From: Macrostomum lignano
Taxonomy: Eukaryota
Reading direction: 5' to 3'
NCBI GenBank assembly: GCA_002269645.1
Contig: NIVC01000303.1
Location: forward strand, 372,001-436,000
DNA length: 64,000 bases
Shown: positions 47,300 through 60,840 of the stretch, piece by piece
Layout: every line of letters starts with the position of its first letter
Position numbering within the stretch: position 1 is the stretch's first letter
Translations under genes and position numbers: made by a program
Notes under the pieces: generated by a model
What the model saw: only the letters and a program-made list of their open reading frames with translations
What the model was told of the DNA's origin: nothing
The model's database searches: none

Positions 47300-47720
47300 A
47301 GCATCCGGGTCAATCAAAAATGCAACATCCGGGTCAATCAACAATCCTGTAACATCCTGTAACATCATGCAACATCCGGGTCAATCAACAATGCAACATC
47401 CGGGTCAATCAACAATGCAACATCCGGGTCAATCAACAATGCAACATCCGGGTCAATCAACAATGCAACATCCGGGTCAATCAACAATGCAACATCCGGG
47501 TCAATCAACAATGCAACATCCAGGTCAATCAACAATGCAACACCCGGGTCCTTCAACAATCCTGTAACATCATGCAACATCTGGGTCAATCAACAAGGCA
47601 ACACCCGGGTCCTTCAACAATCCTGTAACATCCTGTAACATCATGCAACATCTGGGTCAATCAACAAGGCAACACCCGGGTCCTTCAACAATCCTGTAAC
47701 ACAATGCAACATCCGGGTCA
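47300..47720. repeat. 24-bp minisatellite (ATGCAACATCCGGGTCAATCAACA)
   Basis: Tandem copies that degrade toward the right. Confidence 0.93.
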
Positions 47721-47820
47721 CTCAAAAGACTCAGAAACAATCTAGGCCAATAAAATCTCTAATCAACAATCCAACACCCGGTCACTTACCGTGTGCCATT
47801 CTCAATCCCACAGATTCATC

Positions 47821-48151
47821 TCAACAATCGGCATCGTCAATGACTGGTCCCAATCCTTCAATAGCTAGACTCAATTGGCTACCGAATTCGTCAGTTTGCG
47901 CTCGAACAGCGACTAGCTGGAGCAATATCCTGTTCAGGGCGGCGCTGCGCTGGGTCTGAACGCCAATGCAACAGCTAGCCGGCGGCGGCGGCGGTGGCTT
48001 CGACAGCCTGTCAACTTCGCTTTGCAAAGCAGCGGCTTCAACCAACAGTTGATCGTAGCGTTGAACTGCGGTCAGCTTGGCAGATTCTGAGGCGGCTGCG
48101 CGACCATCCGCCTCCGATAGTCGCGAGTTCGACTCCGCTAGTTTTGTTTCC
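47821..48151 (-). CDS. RRM-domain protein, terminal coding exon (coiled coil)
   Basis: ctccgcag acceptor, LADR|ETKLAESNSRL...DDADC*; phase consistent. Confidence 0.75.
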
Positions 48152-48231
48152 CTGCGGAGATATTGTCAAAAGAATTTAAGATTATCGAATCAATCGAAAA
48201 AAAGAGATTTCTAAACTGACTACGAAGGATT

Positions 48232-49282
48232 CAGCTGACATCTCCAAAGCTACTCAAACTGCAGCTGACATTACCAAAGCTACTCAAACTGCAGCTGACA
48301 TTACCAAAGCTACTCAAACTGTAGCTGACATTTTCAAAGCTACTCAAACTGTAGCTGAAATTTCCAAAGCTACTCAAACTGTAGCTGAAATTTCCAAAGC
48401 TACTCAAACTGAAGCTGACATTTCCAAAGCTACTCAAACTGTAGCTCTGAGATTTCCAAAGCTACTCAAACTGTAGCTGACATTTCCAAAGCTACTCAAA
48501 CTGTAGCTGACATTTCCAAAGCTACTCAAGCTGCAGCTGACATTTCCAAAGCTACTCAAACTGCAGCTGACATTTCCAAAGCTACTCAAGCTGCAGCTGA
48601 CATTTCCAAAGCTACTCAAACTGCAGCTGAAATTTCCAAAGCTACTCAAACTGTAGCTGAAATTTCCAAAGCTACTCAAACTGAAGCTGACATTTCCAAA
48701 GCTACTCAAACTGTAGCTCTGAGATTTCCAAAGCTACTCAAACTGTAGCTGACATTTCCAAAGCTACTCAAACTGTAGCTGACATTTCCAAAGCTACTCA
48801 AGCTGCAGCTGACATTTCCAAAGCTACTCAAACTGCAGCTGACATTTCCAAAGCTACTCAAGCTGCAGCTGACATTTCCAAAGCTACTCAAACTGCAGCT
48901 GAAATTTCCAAAGCTACTCAAACTGTAGCTGAAATTTCCAAAGCTACTCAAACTGAAGCTGACATTTCCAAAGCTACTCAAACTGTAGCTCTGAGATTTC
49001 CAAAGCTACTCAAACTGTAGCTGACATTTCCAAAGCTACTCAAACTGTAGCTGACATTTCCAAAGCTACTCAAGCTGCAGCTGACATTTCCAAAGCTACT
49101 CAAACTGCAGCTGACATTTCCAAAGCTACTCAAGCTGCAGCTGACATTTCCAAAGCTACTCAAACTGCAGCTGACATTTCCAAAGCTACTCAAGCTGCAG
49201 CTGACATTTCCAAAGGTACTTAAACTGCAGCTGACATTTCCAAAGCTACTCAAACTGCAGCTGACATTTCCAAAGCTACTCA
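48232..49282. repeat. 30-bp minisatellite (AGCTGACATTTCCAAAGCTACTCAAACTGC) with 272-bp higher-order repeat
   Basis: Identical ORF-track blocks 48434-48709 and 48706-48981; intronic. Confidence 0.96.
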
Positions 49283-49341
49283 ATTTAAAGAGACGTTTTT
49301 TAAAACCCTTCCCAAGCCAGACAGTCGCACAGGAGACCAAC

Positions 49342-50615
49342 CTATCAGCCAGTTCACAATCTCGCATACGACAAGCGGTCTCCAACTCGTTAATCCTAGT
49401 CTCGGCAGCAATCCTAGCTAATTGCTGATTGTCCCTATCCGCTTGCAGCTCAGCGAGGCGCTTTCTGATTTCGGCAGCTTCAGCCTCGGCTGACTCCAAC
49501 GCAACAGTTTTTGCTTCGAGTTCCGCAGCGGCCGCGGCTGCCGCAGACTTGGCGGCTGCAAGAGCAGCGGCAGCAGCAGCAGCTGAAGCCTCAGCTTCGG
49601 GATCCTCAATAGCGACCTGAGAGGCCTGTTCAAATAGCACCGGTGCCATAGTCTCAGTTGCCGAGCAAGAGGTAGTGACGGTAGCCTGACTGGCGATCTC
49701 AATTCTTTCAGCTGCAACAATGGGCAACTGCACAGTATTAGTAGAGCCGCCTGCTGCTTCGGCAGCTTCAACTCGACGACGCTTCGAGCTGCTGCCGCTT
49801 CCGCCGCCGCCTCGACGTCGACTTTTATTATTACTATTCTTTCTATTCTGATTACTGCTACCAGAGTCTGCATTGCCTCCATCAGTCGACTTCGAATTGG
49901 AAGATTTTGGCGACTTCTTTGGCGATTTAACTTTCATCTGTTTCGTGGGCAACTCAGTAGTAACTACTGCTGATGGCGGCGTCAACGGTTGAGCATCCGT
50001 CGAGTCCGTAGCCGGTTGAGTCTCGGAGTTACCCTGCTGATCTACAGACTCCACCTCGGCAATGGTTTGCTGCTGCTGCTGCTCTGAGCTGGCACATTCT
50101 TCAACAGGCGGAGGCGAGATCGACATGGACGAGTCAGCATCGGCGCCGTCCTCATCAGCCGGTGGTTGAGACGGCTGCTGCTCAGAGAGCGGCTGTCGGC
50201 TGTCCTCAGACTGAGCATCGTCAGCTTGAGCGTCGGTCTGGTTTGGCGGCGGTTGAATTCGTTTTAGACGTACGGTAACAGGGCCCAAGGTTAGATTGTT
50301 GGTGGCAATGAGAGCGGCTGATCTGCGAATCCGGTTCTGCTGCTGTTGTAGCAGAAGCTGCTGCTGAGGATTTTCTTCTGGCGTGTCCACCGACCAAGCC
50401 TGCTGCTCCGGCTCAGCGGTTGCCGGCTCCGGTGCAGCCGGGGATGACGAGGTGAACTCTGTGCCAGCAGCTGCGTTGGCGGACGTCTCAACAGGCTGGA
50501 TAGGCTTCTCATCAGACAGCTGCTGCTGCTGTTGTTGTTGTTGCTGTTGCTGCTGTTGAACCTCTTGCGTCCAGAGCGACTGCAACTGCAGCGTGTTAAT
50601 CAGCCTGTCTGGGCA
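49342..50615 (-). CDS. RRM-domain protein, exon 3 (Gln/Ser/Ala-rich, NLS-like, coiled coil)
   Basis: Non-repeat part of ORF 48978-50621; tttgcag acceptor, GTTGGT donor, phase 2; KSRRR and KRRR basic motifs; heptad-like C-terminal region. Confidence 0.8.
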
Positions 50616-50781
50616 CTGCAAATTTCAGCGAATTGTGCAAAAAATTTTAGAACTTGTTGATTTTTTACTCATTGACTGGCAGAGCTATCGGTAGTTGACA
50701 TTTGAGTACTTGAACAGTTAAGTTAAACTGCCAGTACTTTTATTAAGTTTACAAATCTGATAGGGTGACCGATTCCAAAGA

Positions 50782-50926
50782 AACTGAGGATCTGGGAGGC
50801 TGGCCCAGCAACTGAGGATCTGGGAGGCTGGCCCAGCAACTGAGGATCTGGGAGGCTGGCCCAGCAACTAAGGATCTGGGAGGCTGGCCCAGCAACTGAG
50901 GATCTGGGAGGCTGGCCCAGCAACTG
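50782..50926. repeat. 28-bp minisatellite (AACTGAGGATCTGGGAGGCTGGCCCAGC)
   Basis: About 5 copies in RRM gene intron 2. Confidence 0.94.
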
Positions 50927-50957
50927 AGCAGTATGGCAACAAAACATAAGGACTTAC

Positions 50958-51119
50958 GCAGACCACTTCTATTCGGCGATCAAGATAAATGGTTTTGTGC
51001 AAATCAGAGCGAGCCTTGGCAGCACTGGCGGCTTGTCTGAAAACCACAATGCCCAAGTAGGACTTGCTTGACGAGGATGCGCCACCTCTGCTATTGGCTA
51101 CCACCTGGATTCGCAGCAC
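50958..51119 (-). CDS. RRM-domain protein, exon 2 (RNP1 region)
   Basis: VLRIQVV...KSYLGIVVFRQAASAAKARSDLHKTIYLDRRIEVVC; caatcag/GTAAGT, phase 0 to 0. Confidence 0.82.
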
Positions 51120-51204
51120 CTGATTGGTTCGACAGAAGCAAGGTAATTAGCTTAATTAACTGATAAGTGATAATGGAAGAAAAAGACAAAAGGCCATAAC
51201 TCAC

Positions 51205-51297
51205 CTCGCCATATGGAGAAAATAACAGCCTTAGATGGTTAGCTGTTACCGAATGATTCAGATTCTTGATTAGCAAAATATTGCTACTATTTAGCAT
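51205..51297 (-). CDS. RRM-domain protein, exon 1 (RNP2 region)
   Basis: MLNSSNILLIKNLNHSVTANHLRLLFSPYGE fits the RRM N-half; donor GTGAGT. Confidence 0.8.
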
Positions 51298-52625
51298 TGT
51301 GCTAAAAATGAATTTTGAAAAATAATTGCTATTTATTTTGTTGTCACAAATTTAAAATATCAATTAAATCAATATTGAACAAAGTGATTACAGTATTATT
51401 TAACTAAATAACTAGTGACTTATAGCAACCAAGTGAAAATGTAGGAAAATATATATTGCCATAATTTGCCATTTATGTCTACCTATCTAGCATAATGACT
51501 TATCTATTATAGCATTAGATAATGTTTTAAAAGCAAAGTTCTCATATCTCTTATCTACTTTATTAATATTGTTAAAGTCATATACAAACAAATTTCATTA
51601 TAAACTTTAAAAGGCGTCAATTTTTAGGCTTTTTTCTAGCTTAACACATTTCATTATTTTTTTAAAATTAATGAAGCATTAAAAATGAAGAACACTATAA
51701 AGTATGATAAACTAAATGATAAATGGAGAGTTTCAGACTTTGTAGTAATGTGCCACCCAGAAAAGGATGTTGCCAAAGGATAAAGATATTGTACAATGGC
51801 AATGGTACCATAGAAAATTGTCAAAGTGGGTGTCAAATAGGGCCTTGGATAAACATTTGCAATAGGAATTATCAAAGTAGATAATAGGATACTATAGGAT
51901 ATCCAGTCTGGCCTTGATTGCTTAGAAGAAAAGTTGTTCAAGATTGACAAAAAATAAATCTTTTTGATTCCCAGTCCTTCTTGCCCTAGTCATTTTCAAA
52001 AAACAAGGAATGATGACAGGTTTAGCTATAGACATAGCAAATAGAAAATAGCCATCTCAAACTAGTAGACATAGACATAAAATTGATACATTGGCACACT
52101 TCAAATTTGTGTAACTTTAAATATTTTATCCTAGCAGTAATTAAGTCAATTTTTTGGAAAAAAATAAATGTCCAAAACTAGAAGACAGCCATTTTTATAT
52201 ACCTATATTTATGCTATATTCCCAAAGATTTTATACCAAACTTTTCTAGTATATATTTGTTTTGATATGCATTATGTCCTAATGTAAAAATTTAGTTCCA
52301 ATGTAAATTCTGGCATATACTCAACATGATTCCAATAATCTATATTAAATGTAGGAAGGGGCCTAGCCTGCAACTGCATGTCAGAATTTTCTAGCCTATA
52401 GGCCTAGCATACAAGCCATTTGGCATACAAAATCCATATAATGGCATATAAAACTAGGGGCCTATTTGAAAATTGATGCAAGCATGTTCCAGTTTTTGAA
52501 AAAAAATTATAATATTTCAGATTATAATACAATTAACAAGTTAAGTACTAACCAACATCTAGCTTAAAATTTAGCTATAGTATATTAGGTAAAGTGGCTT
52601 GCTTGATGAAGAGTAGATAAATAAA

Positions 52626-53425
52626 GGGCCATTCCATATAGTTATAGTCGTAACATGACAGACTATTTTTACTTATAAAATGAAATCTAATAATAGAATA
52701 CACAAAACCAATATTTTGAATGAAAGATTATTTTGTCAAGAATATGTTTATAAAGTTTCATATAGATATCATCATTAGTATAGATGCTATTAAACCTTGA
52801 ATGGCACTTATGGTCGTAACAACAGGATTTTTGACATATAGAAACTAAAAGGTAAAAGTCTTACAACATTTTTCATTTTTGATATTTTGCAATAATTTTT
52901 TTTTAAATTTGACTAAGAACATCTTTAGAAGTCATACTCTTTTATTAGAATATATAAACTCAAAAAGGCAACAAAGATACAAAAGAAAAGGCAGCCTTAT
53001 AGTCATAACATTATGGTCGTAACATATTTTTTTCTGTCAATTCAGTAACTCTGAGGTACTAATATATTAAAAATATAATAGATTATATGGTTGCTAATGT
53101 TTTTATCTGATGATGCAAGTACTATAATTTTATTTTTATATATAGTTTGTTTTAACCTTCTAAAGCTTTCTATTTGTTTTTGAAAGGTACATAAACTTAA
53201 TGATGTCTTTTGCTTAGAAAATGTCCAATTTTTACAAAAATAACTTTTTTTCCAATTGATAACATAACATACTAATCCAACATTTTATCATTTATTTATT
53301 CTTAGATTGTATACATTATATACAAAAAAGATTTGGTAAAAAAATTGGCTGATAAGGCAATGACAAGCAAAAATATTGACTTTTTTTCTATTTTCTAAAT
53401 ATGTCCATCTTATATGGAATGGGCC
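52626..53425. mobile_element. Non-autonomous TIR element, Kolobok/Sola-like (800 bp)
   Basis: TIRs GGGCCATTCCATATA / TATATGGAATGGGCC; 4-bp TSD TAAA; internal TTAT(A/G)GTCGTAAC repeats. Confidence 0.65.
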
Positions 53426-53548
53426 TAAAGGTAAATATCAACATGAAGTTAGTTATTTATTTATTTGAGTTGCCAATGCATTTCACCCAACAATTGGAAT
53501 CTTCAGGGCAAAGTTTATTTGAACAAAATTATTGAATGCAAACAGTAT

Positions 53549-53706
53549 ATATATAGTGAGTGAAAGTACATGTAATTTTGAAGGTTTAAAAACTTGTACA
53601 TATTAATCAAAAGTAGAAGCATTATTAGTATATATAGTGAGTGAAAGTACATGTAATTTTGATGGTTTAAAAACTTGTACATATTAATCAAAAGTAGAAG
53701 CATTAT
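53549..53706. repeat. 81-bp tandem duplication
   Basis: TAGTGAGTGAAAGTACATG at 53554 and 53635. Confidence 0.9.
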
Positions 53707-55564
53707 TGGAAGAAGTTTTTGGAAGAAATTAGAAGTTAAGAGAAGTTAAGAAGATAAGATGAAATTAATACTACCTAGTTTTAGGCTTTTGGTCATTGAA
53801 TCTAAAAATATAGGGCCTTGGCCAGGCCCTAGTTAAACTTACTTTAGACATTTAGTGTGTCTTATTAGGTTTACTCAATATACCTAACAAAAAATCAATA
53901 GACATTTTTTTAGGCTAAGGCATTTAAGTAAAATAATTGAATAATGTCTATAGTTTACAATTGTATATGAGAAAGCCAAAAATTCATTATCTTTAGGCCT
54001 ATTATTATGTATGTTTGCCTTACCTATCACGACTATTTTTTATTTATCAAAAGAACTTTTTACCTGAATAAATCTATGTTTTTAGTAGTGTTACTAGTAA
54101 AAGAATAGTGTATCTAGTAAGTTTTTGCTCAATTTAGTATTTTTATTAGTTTAAATGAGTATGCCATATTTGTTTCATATCCTATATAAGTGAGAAAATA
54201 AACTGAGAAAGAGGATAACTTGTCTGGTCTTGCCTTCGACCTCCTTCACCAGCCTAGCCATAATTGAGGCTTTGTAACCGAACATTGTTCTAAAAATAGA
54301 CTAGTCTTAGTCATTTAAAAGTGCTCCACCTTCCCTTTCCTACGAAGCCTTATACAATTAGAAGTGTTCAACACTTCCCTTTACCCTATTCCCTACTCCC
54401 CGGGACATTCAGTCCTACCCCCGAGTAACTGCCTTCCCCCCTTTTCCCAGTGGAACTGGCACCTACCTCTTCTGCCTTCCTCCCTTTTAGTGGACAGTCT
54501 GTCTGCTCAGGTGTATAGCCTTATTCCCTCAGATGTACAGTCTGCCTTAGCATCCCCGCTCCTAACCCTTCTTTGTAGAAATCTCCCATATTCATTAGGC
54601 AGATTGCCTTTTTACCTAATGCTATATTAGATAGTCAGTCTACTTATGCCAGCATTCCTTATTAGTATTTAGAAATTCCCCATTAGTGCACTTTCCCAGG
54701 CAACTCTGATCCAATGCAAAGCCCTTAATTCCCCTCTCCCATCTATATTCCCCAGACTGAGAAGAAAATTATGTCTTGCCACTTGGACACATCTACGCTC
54801 CAGGAATACTCCTTTCAGTAGGCTATTCCAAACATTTCCTCCAAATCCCCAAGTCCCAATTTTATTTCCCAACCCATAACACAATTTGGTGACAAACAAT
54901 AGGATTAAACTATAAATAAACACCCCTACAACAGTTTTGATAGCTAAGTGGTAGGATCAAGCCATAGTAAATAGAAAAACCCCTACAACATATATTATAA
55001 TTTGCTTTTAGTTTTAGATAAGACTTTCTTTTTAGTATTATAAATAATGAAGAATTATTAACTTATGATTTATAGACTAGGCCTAGTAAGTAAATAATAT
55101 AGGCCACATGTCAATAGCCATAGCCTAGCTATTTACATTTGCTTATAAAACATTTCTATGCCTAGAACTCTAGAACTCTAATTAAACTAAGACTCTAGAC
55201 TCTGGAATGTTACATGTATATTAGAAAATTTGGGTATGCAAATGACTTGTTTAAAGTTGGCATACAAATTTTGGTGTACAATTTATACATTTTTTGGTAC
55301 ACAAATTCATATCCATTTTTGGCCTATAACTTTTGGTGAATAAATTCATGTTGAGCATGAAAATTTCAATGTAAATTAATGTTTTATGTAAAATAAAGGA
55401 ATATTTGTATACTTAAGACAGTTAATAATAAACTTTCTGCTTCTTTAAAATTAAAAATTATTTAGATTAGGCCTAGTAAAATTATTATAAAAATGTAAAT
55501 GTTGCATCAATGTTTTTATAGAATATAGGTATAATTAAGTTTGTCTAAAATGAAAATATTGGTT

Positions 55565-55671
55565 ATCTTCAAGTTTCGTTCGTTTAATTCCAACACCCAC
55601 CCCCCACCACCACCCTTGAATAGAGGGCGAAAATAATTCCAGAAATAATTAAACGAACGAAACTTGAAGAT
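55565..55671. repeat. Short inverted repeat (25-bp perfect arms), MITE-like
   Basis: ATCTTCAAGTTTCGTTCGTTTAATT ... AATTAAACGAACGAAACTTGAAGAT. Confidence 0.8.
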
Positions 55672-56432
55672 TGCCAAAATATTTATAATAATAATATTTT
55701 AAAGAATACTTTTCATACAAAAACCTTTCTTAGGAAACTCAACTTGTGAAAACCAAATGACCTTCTTAGGAGGCTTTTTTAGTTTACATTTTAAGGATTT
55801 TTTTTGTTTTTGGCATACACTGGCATACATTTAGCTAAGATAAGATTCTTGTTCTGGCATACACACACAATACACTATAATTACACAATCCAGACCCTAG
55901 CTAAGACTTAGAATAATTTGGTCTTTTAATTTTGCCTTTAGAAATATTAAGATTTAGTATATTTAGATAAATAAAGAAGCAAAGGATCACGACCAGGGAG
56001 TGAACGAAAATTTAAAAGTCAGTAGTAGACCCCCATCTACCACTGTTATATTGTTTTTGGTTTGCATCAAAGCATCGAGTTAAATATTTGTTAGGACCTT
56101 ACTGAAAACTTTAGGAATTTGACTTTTTAGAAATAAAAATATTGCCACAAGTCAGCTTCAGGCCTGTGGGATCAGAACTTCAGAAGAGGTGAGACTTATA
56201 ATTCAATAGGTTGTTTCCAAGGGTCTCTCCCTACAGGGTCTCTCCCTAACACGCACTGGGTGATTAACACGCACCGCACCGGCACATTAAAACAAATTGG
56301 ACTATAACTGAAGACAGTTCAAAATGCGTTTTCTGTTAAGCTTCAAGTTTTTATTGCAGAATCTCTTTCGTTTAAGGTGTCGTAACTGGGTTGAGCTGTA
56401 TTGGTGACAATGCAGTCAACTCGTGGTATATC

Positions 56433-57671
56433 GGGTCTATGAAATTTGCTTGCGAGAAGTTTGCTTGCCGAAGTTTGCTTGCGGGACTTTTGCTTGCGGA
56501 AATTTGCTTGCCGAAGTCTGCTTGCCGAAGTTTGCTTGCGGGACTTTTGCTTGCGGAAATTTGCTTGCCGAAGTCTGCTTGCCGAACTTTGCTTGCGGAA
56601 TTTTGCCTGCCGAAGTTTGCTTGCCGAGCTTTGCTTGCCGAACTTTGCTTGCCGAATTTTGCTTGCAGGAAATTTGCTTGCTGCACATAAGCTTGCCGAA
56701 GTTTGCTTGCAGGAAATTTGCTTGCCGAACTTTGCTTGCAGGAAATTTTCTTGCGAGGTTTGCCAGCCATTTTTTTGCGGAACCTTAAAGAAACCTATTT
56801 TTGAGCTCTTGTATTTCTAATTTTCATTTTCTAAGATTCGTGGAAGTCGCCTATAGTGTTATGATTTTGTATGAGGATATGGCGGATTATTAACTAAATT
56901 TTATATACTAAAATATTATTAGTATATGCATATTACATTAGCATCACTGCAATTATCATACCTGCTCAATCGTGCTGAAATCAGGAACTACAAATATTTA
57001 TACTGTTACCGATCCCTATCTACCTATACTAAATCTCTAAGCATTCTATTCTATATACTACATTCTTAGAATGAAACTCTATAAGCCTAGTTTGAAAGCT
57101 TAGTGTCAAGTCAGTTTACGTCGACCCTGATAAGAATCCACTTGCAAAGCATGCATCTGTGGTAAGTAATAATTGACTGACCAACTTTACAAGCAATCAA
57201 AACAAGCAAGCAAACAAGAAAATAATTCTGCAAGTTAAAACCTTGCGATTGTGTGATTGCAAATTTCTAGAAAGCAGACATCAAAATTTCGCAAGCAAAG
57301 TTCGGCAAGCAAAATTCCTGCAAGCAAAGCTCGGCAAGCAAACTTCGGCAGGCAAAGTTCCTGCAAGCAAATTTCCTGCAAGCAATTAAAGTTCGGCAAG
57401 CAAAGTTCGGCAAGCAAACTTCAGCAAGCAAAATTCCGCAAGCAAAGTTCGGCAAGCAAAGTTCGGCAGGCAAAATTCCGCAAGCAAACTTCGGCAAGCA
57501 AAGTTCGGCAAGCAAAGTTCGGCAAGCAAAGTTCGGCAAGCAAAATTCCGCAAGCAAAGCTCGGCAAGCAAAGTTCGGCAAGCAAAATTCCTGCAAGCAA
57601 AGTTCGGCAAGCAAAATTCCTGCAAGCAAAGTTCGGCAAGCAAACTTCCCGCAAGCAAACGTCGTACTCCC
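56433..57671. mobile_element. MULE/Foldback-like non-autonomous element with repeat-built long TIRs
   Basis: 8-bp TSD GGTATATC (56425-56432, 57672-57679); GGG.../...CCC termini; left arm of TTTGCTTGCCGAA units mirrors right arm of GCAAGCAAA units. Confidence 0.82.
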
Positions 57672-60600
57672 GGTATATCCTCTGCAGCCTTGCTCTAGAA
57701 CACCAGAGAGAGACGCTTAGACCAGCGACGAATGGAGGCGTGCAGATCGACAGACATATATCCAGACAGATATTGCAGACAGACGACATTCGTAGCCACA
57801 ACAGGGATGACAAGGCGGACAATCGCTCTGCGTCTACTAGAGCAGGACTGATGATGAGACGCGCAAGAGGATAAAGACGAGAAGATATAAATTAGGAGGG
57901 GAATTGAAGACTTGCGAAAGGTAATTAATTAAGCGGCTGCATGTGGCGTGTTTAAGAGTGTTTTTCAATTCGGAGCAACATTTGATTAGCAATTTACATG
58001 TTAATTGTACTCGTGTGAGTTCAGTCGGTAACGGAATATAACTGCGTGGCGGCCAGACCGGTGTGTACGGCTGAGAGCGGGGCCCGCCTGTGCACTAGCT
58101 AGTGTTCGATTACCGGGAGTTGGCCACGATCGCCAGGCAGCAGAGAGAGAGACAGCGGGCGACGCCATGCGCGTCTTAAATAATAAAGGAAAAGGAGGGA
58201 GAAGGGCCGACAGGGATGACGGGCAGCCAGCGGGCAGCCAGCGCGGGGCAGCCAAGACAATCCACCCCACGACCAGCCAATCACGAGCCTCTGCTGGGGG
58301 AGGGGCTCAGGGCAGGAAGACAAATTATTGGACGAAGACAGCTAGAGCGTAGGCCAGCAGGATGAGGCGTAAGCACTAAAATTCGGCCTGATCCACCGGC
58401 CCAATCACAATCAGTGGGTGGGGGGGCAAGGACTACTCAAGTAGGACGGAAACCTCGATCGTTTCTTAGAAAATTTTAATTAGGATGCAGTTTTTTTCCG
58501 AAAAAATGCAATACGGAGATAGGAACTTTTCATTTTTTCAGCACAAAAATTGTTATTGCTTTCAATAGGAGGCAGACCCAATGTTCATCTTTTGATATGT
58601 TGTGCATTTCTATATTAGCTCTGTTGATATTTACGAGTATAAAGCTTTTCGTTCAGAAAATTAGGATTCTATGCTAAATTTTTTCTAGCACGACGTACGG
58701 TTTTTCTGCAAATTGACCACCAGACCGACAACTCGACATCGTCTGCAAAGTATGATAATGATGATTACGTTGGGTACGTCGTTCTACACACAGGTAACGG
58801 AATTTCCATGATTTCAGCAATTTGTCTGCTCTGGCAGTCTGACATAGCCAGCTGCCTTTCGTTCTGTGGGCCTGCTGGCGCCCCCTTGAAAATTCAAGAG
58901 CGAGTTACCAACGCGGTACTCTATCGCCACGCTGATTGACGGGTTCGTCTGAGAAAACTATATCCGACGTCGCCGAAAAACCTTTACTTTAACTTTACAT
59001 CGACAGATAACGACGTAATTCATGTGCGTCAGCTGAACGTTCGTGCAATGTAAAAGTACATATTTTTCAGCGACATCGATAGATGTCAGAAGCGTCGGCT
59101 GACGTCGAATTGATGTACGCGGTTTGCTCCAGCTGGTAGGCGGCCACAACTATCGACGCCAAGGCATCCAAAAGGCGTGCAAGACACGCGCACTTGGCGC
59201 TTTGTCGCCTGCCTACTGGCTGACGCAGGCGCCGCCGAAGCCCATATGGAGGCGCACCCCTGCTCCTGTTTAAAGAGACCTTGTATGGCTGCCTCCCCAT
59301 TTGAACTGCTCGTAATTTATTAATAAGCGCTATATATTAATAAGCGCTATATCTTCCATACAAGCACGTGGCTTGTATAATTCGGATAAACTCTTGAATC
59401 TCGTCAATCGTTTAGAGTAATGCATGTAGTCAAAACAGAAGAAATGTCAGACAAGTCGCTTTAAAGATGATTTTGGCACATCCTGGCCCCCCCCCCACTA
59501 ATTTTTGCGCACCCTCACTTCTTCTGTGATTCCTGCGTTCCCGTGAAGACTCATTTGGATAAGTCATCACGCGATGACTCATGCTCATCGCACAACCCAC
59601 TCCGGTCCCCCGCGCACCAACCCCAACTCCTGCCTGTTGTTCGAAAACCCTCTCCCCAAGCTTTTTCCTGTCTGTTACGTAATCGATCATAAATATCTTT
59701 TCTCCGCTGCACCCCCCAATTTCTCGCCCAATCACAGCGCGGCAGAGGGGTGACGCCATCAGGTTTGCTTGGTAACGGAGGTCAAGGACAAGTCACGACC
59801 TTCAATATCATGCATCACGATCACGTGATCATGTGACGCGTGATTTCAGGGCTATAAATAAGAGCTCGTTTTGAGCCCTGAGCTCCAACTTCCCTGAACT
59901 TCCTTCAACTTTCCATGGTTCCGCGTTACTTGGAACTTGGAACGAGAACGACCACCTGCCAAGTAGCCCTGCAGCTGCCAGTCGGCCGCATCTGTAATGT
60001 ATTTCTCTCTGTTGCGTTGCTCTTGGATATAGTCAGCCCACCAGCTCACCAGCTCACCAGCTAAAAGATCGCCCTATGCAAAGTCCGCGTTTCCAGCACT
60101 GACTAGACTGTCCTTTTATGCCTCACATCGGCCATTATAGTACAGTTGGGGTCCAAAACCTTCGTCTGTTTCAGACCGGGAGTACTGTCTCGTTAAATTA
60201 GTGGGAGTCTGTACTGGGTGTGCTCCTGCACAGGTGACTGGTTTGAGGCCACGCCTCTGGCGTGAAACCCGCAAGTAACAAACAAATGTTGATGGCAGCA
60301 TACGAGTAGCATATCACCTTCTAACAAATCATCAAGTCTGCAAGGAGAATTTCATTCTTGCGAGACTTTTAAAGCAGGGGGGACAGTGTGCCTTTCGGCT
60401 TCCCCTTCCAGTCAGGTCCACCCGGCCCTCTTTCAGCAACCTTTTCGCGCCGGAGCTAGAAATACAAAAGCTCCGTTCCTGCCGACATGGTCAGCTGGGC
60501 TGACCATAGACTGCAGCTAGAATCTTAATGCGCCGCTGTGCAAAGCCTTTCTAGCCGAGAAGGGAGCATTTTGGACTCGGCTTGGACAAATCTAGGGTCG

Positions 60601-60840
60601 AAAAAAGCAGTTTCAAAGTGCATTTCACTTAATGCTCTCTAAATCAGCAGTCTGCTCGCAGCAGTGTGTGCACTCGATACTAGCTATAGACACTACGGTT
60701 TACTTTAAAATCTGCAAGCAGGCCTTTTTGAAAGAGAAAGCACTGCAACTACTTAATAAGCACTTAATCCAAGTAGTGCATCATTTTATGTAACATTATA
60801 TTATATGAATACATATGGGATATCCCTCAGCTGCACCATT

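Noticed and set aside
54364-54923. Possible LINE endonuclease relic (IGTW, GDF, YTP, SGVG-like words)
   Set aside because: Motifs are in the wrong order and in different frames; not supportable
56372-57874. Cluster of Cys/Leu-rich or Gln/Lys-rich ORFs
   Set aside because: Translations of the repeat-built TIR arms
59770-60326. Possible solo LTR (TG start, TATAAATA at ~59853, CA end); a similar suspicion applies to 56378-58450
   Set aside because: No matching TSD could be identified, so the boundaries are unsupported
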